From: an uncultured Gammaproteobacteria bacterium
Lineage (GTDB): Bacteria; Patescibacteriota; Microgenomatia; CAYXHB01; CAZYTL01
Assembly: GCA_964650355.1 (NCBI GenBank)
Contig: CAZYTL010000001.1
Location: 85,552-149,551, forward strand
Length of the DNA: 64,000 nucleotides
Direction: 5' to 3'
Shown: positions 58,091 to 64,000 of the stretch, one piece after another
How positions within the stretch are numbered: position 1 is the first letter of the stretch
Layout: each line of letters opens with the position of its first letter
Notes under the pieces: generated by a model
What the model was told of the DNA's origin: nothing
What the model saw: only the letters and a program-made list of their open reading frames with translations
Database searches by the model: none
Program-made: the position numbers and the translations under genes

Positions 58091-59572
58091 ATGAAGGCTA
58101 TCAGCGGGATTAAAATCCTTGTCGGAGTATCTCTGATCTTCATTGCCTGGCGCTATCGCATCCGCCAATACAATATCATTCCCAAAGTCGACAGCACCTT
58201 TGACGAACAAGCCTATCTCTGGGCTGGTGAAAGCCTGTTGCAATCAGGAGTGCCTATTGGTTGGTCGATTCTGGATCTTTACTTTGAGCCCCCTTATTCC
58301 TTGCCAGGTGAGTCTGAAATTTCTCTGAGCGGTTATACATTGACAGTCAACGGCCAGCCTCGGACTTTGGCTAACTGGCGGCAATGGCCTCAAACTCTGG
58401 CCACCAAACAGGAAGTGGATATCGATGGCTATAAATCGCAGTTTAAAATTATCCAGCCATTCCTGGAGAATCCGCCTTTGACCGGTTTGCTGTTAGCTGT
58501 AGTACATACCGGCGATCAATTACTCTCCACTTCAGTTAAACAAATTCGGCTGGTACCTATCACTTTCACTAGCCTGACTGCCGGAGGCGTCTATTGGTTA
58601 GCTTATTTGCTTGGTGGGTTAGGTCCAGGCTTAATCGCTGGCCTGATATATGCTCTTAGTCCGGGTATGGTTGTTTCCGGCAGACTGGCCATCCCAGAGA
58701 ACTTGATTGCCAGCCTACTTGTTTTTACTTTAATAGCTTTATATTACTATCTAAAACGCCCTCGGCGTTTGCTTCTCTGGCTGTTGCTCATCCCTGCCTT
58801 TCTTGCGCCGTTACTGAAGATTTCCGGGTTGATCATCCCCGGCACCGTGAGCGTCATCTTATTCAGACAAAAGAAGTTCCGTCCGGCCATCTACGTGGTT
58901 ATCAGCTCTTTATTAGGAATAATTACTTATTTCGCCTATGGCCTGTTCTATGATGCGCAAGTATTTATTGCCATTCTCCAAGCCCAAGGCCAGCGCAAAT
59001 TCCTTGGCCCCATGAGTCTGGCCGTCAAAGCTTTGTTCCCTCAAATCCCGCTTCCCATGTACGAAGGCTGGATTCTGTTAGGCTACTTATCAATCCTCTG
59101 GCTAATCGGCCGGCGGATTAAAAACGCCCACTTAATCATTACCGGAGTCATTATTCACTGGATCTTTTTCGGACTTTACGGGGGTAGTTTTCCCTGGTAT
59201 CAATTTATTGCCTTCCCTTTGTTGGCAGTCGCCGGTGGTTTAACCCTCAATCATTTTTTTCGGAAACCCCAAATCTATTTCAACATCTTTGTATTTATCA
59301 TTACCTTTTCCACGTTAATGCACTACGCCTATTTAAGATCGGGTCTTCAATGGAATGACCTTATTAACCAATATAGATTATTTATCGGAATATTAATTAT
59401 CATTCCCTTAGTCGCCTGGATATTCAGAAAAGGTAGCCGCCTGCTAACCCAATTAAGCCTGTCCGTCATCCTTCTTAGTTCATTTTATTTCAGTATCCAA
59501 ATCATTAACCGCATGCAGGAGTTGTGGGTCATCCTTGAAAATCTGCCCTATCCGCTTACCTGGGTGCCTTAA
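58091..59572 (+). CDS. GT-C membrane glycosyltransferase (ArnT/PMT-like)
   Basis: FDE motif, NPPL, many TM segments. Confidence 0.7.
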   Translation: MKAISGIKILVGVSLIFIAWRYRIRQYNIIPKVDSTFDEQAYLWAGESLLQSGVPIGWSILDLYFEPPYSLPGESEISLSGYTLTVNGQPRTLANWRQWPQTLATKQEVDIDGYKSQFKIIQPFLENPPLTGLLLAVVHTGDQLLSTSVKQIRLVPITFTSLTAGGVYWLAYLLGGLGPGLIAGLIYALSPGMVVSGRLAIPENLIASLLVFTLIALYYYLKRPRRLLLWLLLIPAFLAPLLKISGLIIPGTVSVILFRQKKFRPAIYVVISSLLGIITYFAYGLFYDAQVFIAILQAQGQRKFLGPMSLAVKALFPQIPLPMYEGWILLGYLSILWLIGRRIKNAHLIITGVIIHWIFFGLYGGSFPWYQFIAFPLLAVAGGLTLNHFFRKPQIYFNIFVFIITFSTLMHYAYLRSGLQWNDLINQYRLFIGILIIIPLVAWIFRKGSRLLTQLSLSVILLSSFYFSIQIINRMQELWVILENLPYPLTWVP

Positions 59573-59577
59573 AAAGA

Positions 59578-59605
59578 AAAGCCGGGTGCTGGGTCACCCG
59601 GCTTT
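59578..59605. terminator. Bidirectional terminator
   Basis: AAAGCCGGGTG-CTGGGT-CACCCGGCTTT between convergent genes. Confidence 0.8.
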
Positions 59606-59608
59606 AAA

Positions 59609-60811
59609 TCACTCTCTGCTTTGCTCCTCAGAGGTTTGATACATTCCTGGGTTAGTGGCTGTGAAGATTGCCAAAAGGGGTAGCAATCCACCTACCATTA
59701 AAGCTATGCTGAGCGATTTGTCCGCCAGCATCCCCATAAGCGGATTTAGAATTATCAGTGGGACCTTGTGGGCCATCGCCACAAAAGAAAGCATCGTGGC
59801 TCTCTCGTTTTCGGGAATATGCACATTTACGTGTGTGGCGATCAACTCCCGTCTGGTCAATCCCACGCCACCGGCTAACACTAGAAAACACGCAATAGTT
59901 AACAGGCTGGGATATAAAGCCGTAATCCCAAAACCCACTGCTGTTACAATTGCCGATACCCGTAAATACCGGTGGGTGGAACGAAACAATTTCTCAGAGA
60001 ACGGGAACAGCAAAGCTACCAGTACTTCTATGACCACCAGACCACCGTGTATCCAACCATAGTACTCTATACCTACCCCCTGGGACTTTAATAACGGCTG
60101 ATATAACCAGATTACATAATAAGCTCCTGTAGCTACCAGAATTGAGTCGATCGCCATCCATTTGATAGCTCTATTTTTCCACACGTATCTACCCCCTTTC
60201 TTGGCTATCGTTAGCCATCTTTTACTCTCACTTATCTGGTTTCTTCTCGGCGGTTCTTTAATACTCCAACAGGTGACTGCTGCCAAGAAGAAAGGTATAG
60301 ACGACAGATACATCGGAGCATTGATGCTGATGTGAGAGGCTATTATCCCGCCTATCGGGGCAGAGATCGCCATCGCCGCAAATTTGACTGCATAAGCCCT
60401 TCCGAAGATTTTTGTTCTTTTAGCTTCTAGGTTTGCCGACCTTAAGGTGTCGTAAAGGAGGGCGTTATCTGCACCAGAGGTCAGAGCCAAACCCATGGCA
60501 AACAAAAATTCTCCTAGCAAAAACACCTCAAATTTGGGAAAGCTTCCGTAAACCACGGTAGCCATACTTACCACCAAGGCTCCTAATGCTACCGAATGTT
60601 TCCGGCCAAAGTAGTCAGCCACTACTCCAGTGGGAACCTCCAGTACAAAAGCCCAAAACATGAACCAGGACTGTAGAAAGTAAGCGTGAAACAATCCCAG
60701 TCCTGCCCAGTCTGTGAATAACGGCGTGAGCACAGCCGCAAACAAACTGGCATTTTTAAAAAACACATACAGGTAGTATTTAATTAAAGTGTTTCTGAAA
60801 GTGGTATTCAT
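59609..60811 (-). CDS. MFS transporter
   Basis: EVPTGVVADYFGRK, SGADNALLYD, ERAT; AAGGAG SD. Confidence 0.9.
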   Translation of the reverse strand: MNTTFRNTLIKYYLYVFFKNASLFAAVLTPLFTDWAGLGLFHAYFLQSWFMFWAFVLEVPTGVVADYFGRKHSVALGALVVSMATVVYGSFPKFEVFLLGEFLFAMGLALTSGADNALLYDTLRSANLEAKRTKIFGRAYAVKFAAMAISAPIGGIIASHISINAPMYLSSIPFFLAAVTCWSIKEPPRRNQISESKRWLTIAKKGGRYVWKNRAIKWMAIDSILVATGAYYVIWLYQPLLKSQGVGIEYYGWIHGGLVVIEVLVALLFPFSEKLFRSTHRYLRVSAIVTAVGFGITALYPSLLTIACFLVLAGGVGLTRRELIATHVNVHIPENERATMLSFVAMAHKVPLIILNPLMGMLADKSLSIALMVGGLLPLLAIFTATNPGMYQTSEEQSRE

Positions 60812-61021
60812 GATCTGTCTCCTTTCTTTAATGTTTGTTAAAGTGCCCGGCTAATAACGGATATTCCCAGATCCGTAGATCACCCGATCCTGAGCGAATC
60901 AGAATTAGTGATTTGTTTAGCCGGGTAAACCTCCGAGAAAAGGATTATTAAAAATTATTAACATTGCTTATCTGTGATAAATTTCTCTAGTTTAATTAGT
61001 TAATTTTCATGCTTTGCCATT

Positions 61022-61191
61022 AAAAAAGCCTCCTTTTCGGAGGCTGTGTCGGGAAAACAAATGTGATTGAATTATTAACTTCCACCCACGACTACAACCT
61101 CCATGGCCGGGTTAGCATCGACAGAGTCGATAGCTCCAGCGAAAAGCATGGAGGTTTTGGGATATTGTTGCCAGCAACGTTGTCTTTCCAT
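61022..61191 (-). promoter_or_regulatory. Attenuator with 38-codon leader ORF (61075-61191) upstream of the MFS gene
   Basis: Mutually exclusive 1:2, 2:3 and 3:4 pairings; terminator AGCCTCC/GGAGGCT plus U-tract. Confidence 0.72.
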
Positions 61192-61259
61192 AAACTACTT
61201 TAAGAGTCGAAATAGTTATTTATACAGCAGAAGCTATGCTCCAATCCGTATATTGGTAT

Positions 61260-61288
61260 ATTTTATCCCATAAGTTAAATTAAGTCAA
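61260..61288 (-). promoter_or_regulatory. Sigma70-type promoter
   Basis: TTGACT-N17-TAAAAT. Confidence 0.72.
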
Positions 61289-61295
61289 AAAACCG

Positions 61296-61856
61296 TTACC
61301 AATCTCCCTGTCCAATGTCCAACAATTCATTTGATTTCAGAATTCGGTTTAAAATTTGAGGCGTACAAATCGGAGCCATCATCACGTCCTTGGCTTTGGT
61401 AGTGTGCAGATTATTGTTAACGTCACGATATTGGTAGGCTTTATGAACGGCTGTGAACCCTACATGACCGTACAACTTCGCCCCTCGTTTTACATTTGTT
61501 TGCAATAAGCCAATATCGCATTTCTCCCTTCTCAAGATCTTCATCGCCTCCTTTAACAATCTGCCCGCCATCTTTCTACCTCTCTGGTTTTTTCTAGTAC
61601 ACACGTCTCCTATGCCCCCGATTATCATTTGCTGGTTATCAAAGACGGTGGGACGTTTAATTATTCTCAGGTAAGAAACTAACTCATTATCTGAGTAGAG
61701 TAACAAATGTCTAAAAGTAGGTGAGAAATACAAATTTTTTCGCTCTTGTTCAAACTTCTCGACATTAACCTCAAAACAATTCACGATCATCTCGTTGATC
61801 TCTTCTCTTAACTGATCAATAACCTGGGAATCTTTAAGAACTTTTATCTTTAGCAT
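61296..61856 (-). CDS. GNAT acetyltransferase
   Basis: IGDVCT...QRGRKMA, LYGHVGF. Confidence 0.85.
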   Translation of the reverse strand: MLKIKVLKDSQVIDQLREEINEMIVNCFEVNVEKFEQERKNLYFSPTFRHLLLYSDNELVSYLRIIKRPTVFDNQQMIIGGIGDVCTRKNQRGRKMAGRLLKEAMKILRREKCDIGLLQTNVKRGAKLYGHVGFTAVHKAYQYRDVNNNLHTTKAKDVMMAPICTPQILNRILKSNELLDIGQGDW

Positions 61857-61911
61857 ATCTTTTTAATAAGCCATAATTCCCCTCACTTAAAGTCTATTAT
61901 AAAATAAGCCC

Positions 61912-62358
61912 ATGCTTTATACCCGAAAACCTAAAAATTTCGTACCCGATTTTGAAGCAGTCTGCTGTTATTGTTTTTCAGATGGAAAAATCTTACTGCT
62001 AAAGCGACAATCAAGTAAATACCAAGGATTGCATTGGGGACCACCGGCTGGAAAAGTTAATTCAAACGAACCCATAACAGATGCCATTATCAGAGAAATT
62101 AGAGAAGAAACGGGCTTAAGCATTAACCAAATAAAAATAAAATATATTACTTGCTATTATGTACGCCAATCAAAGATGAATTATAACTATCATGTCTTTA
62201 TTACACAGGTTGAATCTAAGCCCCAAATAATTTTATCGACCAGTGAACATTGCAAGTACCGATGGATTTCGCCCCAGAAAGCACTTCAGTTAGATTTATT
62301 TGAGGACGAAGACCAAAGTCTAATGTTGACTTTCAATTTAAACAACCAGCATGCATGA
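61912..62358 (+). CDS. NUDIX hydrolase
   Basis: AGKVNSNEPITDAIIREIREETG. Confidence 0.88.
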   Translation: MLYTRKPKNFVPDFEAVCCYCFSDGKILLLKRQSSKYQGLHWGPPAGKVNSNEPITDAIIREIREETGLSINQIKIKYITCYYVRQSKMNYNYHVFITQVESKPQIILSTSEHCKYRWISPQKALQLDLFEDEDQSLMLTFNLNNQHA

Positions 62359-63385
62359 CTACTTCTCTACCTTTATTAGTGGTTTTCAAGGCGTGATCGC
62401 ACAAGCATTGGAAGAAAAATTGCCTGATGCGACCATCAAACGATTATTGGATGGGTTAGTTACCTACCAAACATCTGCTTCTGCAAACCAGATTTCCAAG
62501 CTGCGATTTTTTAACAACAGCTTCATCCTAATTCATCAAATTAACTTTCAGAATGAAACCAACCCTCCACTGCTAATAAAACAGCTCTTAAAAGAGTTTG
62601 ATTTCGACTCTCTTAATTCAAATCTTGATTCTCAAAACAAAAAATTCAAAATAGTCGTTTCTCAAGAAAATCAATTTGTAGCCGTCAACAAAAATTTACT
62701 CACTAAATTGGAAACTCGTATCCAACAATTTACCCGACTGCGGGTTAACCCTTCTCGTCCGGAAATGGAATTTTGGTTGCTAATTAGGAGTGAAAATCTG
62801 GCCCTATTCGGAATCAGAATTACCAAAAGTGTCAGTTCGCGAAGAATTATGCATCAAGGAGAACTACGTCCCGAACTGGCCCATCTGTTATGCTTCATTT
62901 CTCAGCCACAAATAAAAGATGTGGTGCTTGACCCCTTTTGCGGCTCCGGTTCTATAATTATCGAACGAGCTAAGCATTTTCCTTATACCAAAGTTTACGC
63001 CAGTGATCAGGATCCTCGATTAGTTAAAAATCTTAAAATAAAATTGCAAAAATTTCCTCACCTTGAGATCAAGCCACAAAACGCTCTGCAGCTTACCAAA
63101 ATCCGCTCCAATACAGTTAATAAAATCATCACCGATCCGCCCTGGGGAATGTACCGGAAACTCACGAATCCGGAAAAATTTTACACCCAGATGCTTGATC
63201 AGTTTCATCGCGTATTAACCAAAGATGGGTTAGTCGTTATCCTTACAGGCGCCAAAAATGAATTCGAGATAGCTTTAAAAAAGAGTAGTCACTTCAAATT
63301 ATCTAATACATACCACATTCTCGTTTCGGGCAAAAAAGCCGGAGTCTACAAATTGAATAAAGTACCAAATAAAGCACTCCCATAA
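62351..63385 (+). CDS. Putative RNA methyltransferase (UPF0020-like)
   Basis: GELRPELA, LDPFCGSGS, ITDPPWG. Confidence 0.8.
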   Translation: MHDYFSTFISGFQGVIAQALEEKLPDATIKRLLDGLVTYQTSASANQISKLRFFNNSFILIHQINFQNETNPPLLIKQLLKEFDFDSLNSNLDSQNKKFKIVVSQENQFVAVNKNLLTKLETRIQQFTRLRVNPSRPEMEFWLLIRSENLALFGIRITKSVSSRRIMHQGELRPELAHLLCFISQPQIKDVVLDPFCGSGSIIIERAKHFPYTKVYASDQDPRLVKNLKIKLQKFPHLEIKPQNALQLTKIRSNTVNKIITDPPWGMYRKLTNPEKFYTQMLDQFHRVLTKDGLVVILTGAKNEFEIALKKSSHFKLSNTYHILVSGKKAGVYKLNKVPNKALP

Positions 63386-63465
63386 ATTGTTATTATTCGT
63401 GGAAAAATTATTAATCGTGTGGATTAGGAATTCCCAATTCGGCTGAATCGTATATACTAAAGATT

Positions 63466-63996
63466 ATGAAATCGGCTTTAATTCTTCATGCTTGGTTGAA
63501 TGGTCCGGACACCCATTGGTACCCGTGGTTGAAAACCGTACTGGAAAATAAAAAATATCAAGTTTACCTTCCCGTAATTCCTACCATGCAGACCAAACTA
63601 CCAAGTTTGAAGAAACAAATGAATTTTATTACCAAGCACATCCCCGTAGACGAAAATTTAGTAGTCATTGGCCACAGTCTAGGAGCCTTGTTAGGAATGA
63701 GATTAGCTGAAAGATACAGGTTTAACAAACTTTTTCTTGTGGCGGGATGGGATTTTAATGATTTGACGGTAGAGCACCGTTTATTTTGGCAGAATCGAAT
63801 TAATCATCAAAGAATTAAACAACACGTTAAACAAATATATTGCGTTTCGTCAGACAATGACCCTTATTATACTGCCTGTCTAGCAAATGAGATGTGTAAC
63901 AGGTTAAGTGGTAAATTTATTCTGATCAAAGGGGCTGGCCACTTCACGACCAAATACGGGATTACTCAACTTCCGGAAATTCTAAAGTACCTTTAA
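63466..63996 (+). CDS. YdeN/RBBP9-type alpha/beta hydrolase
   Basis: HWYPWL, GHSLG, SDNDP, GAGHF. Confidence 0.88.
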   Translation: MKSALILHAWLNGPDTHWYPWLKTVLENKKYQVYLPVIPTMQTKLPSLKKQMNFITKHIPVDENLVVIGHSLGALLGMRLAERYRFNKLFLVAGWDFNDLTVEHRLFWQNRINHQRIKQHVKQIYCVSSDNDPYYTACLANEMCNRLSGKFILIKGAGHFTTKYGITQLPEILKYL

Positions 63997-64000
63997 TCAT

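Noticed and set aside
1-64000. CRISPR array, rRNA, prophage, integrase or transposase, alternative genetic code
   Set aside because: No repeat-spacer array or such genes seen; TGA ends conserved genes such as polX and lemA

Overview
AT-rich bacterial chromosome segment, genetic code 11. Gene content and the scarcity of Shine-Dalgarno sites suggest Patescibacteria/CPR (Microgenomates-like); this is inference. Ordinary content: glycosyltransferases, tRNA-Gly/Asp/Gln, polX, maf, lemA-htpX, gatC-gatA-asnS-gatB, an OmpR-type two-component regulon with MacAB-like efflux, MarR-MFP-MFS efflux, uppP and alkD. The main finding is a ~13 kb block (21.0-34.2 kb) of four transcription units, each led by an amino-acid-starvation sensor that the ORF track misses: a short-stem-I T-box (probably Trp) and three ribosome-dependent attenuators with Val/Ile-rich, Leu-rich and Phe-rich leader peptides. 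None controls a biosynthetic gene, synthetase or transporter. They control divergent amide ligases (DUF3182, GCS2-like, ATP-grasp) or an unnamed Cys-x-x-Tyr/Trp enzyme family, three of the four units also carrying peptidases (M49-like, M20, two M24). This looks like an undescribed hydrophobic-amino-acid acquisition system. Other findings: a fifth attenuator in front of an MFS gene, two tRNA-hairpin-GIY-YIG units, 7-nt periodic repeats and an unexplained structured RNA candidate. All family calls come from motif recognition by eye, not database searches.
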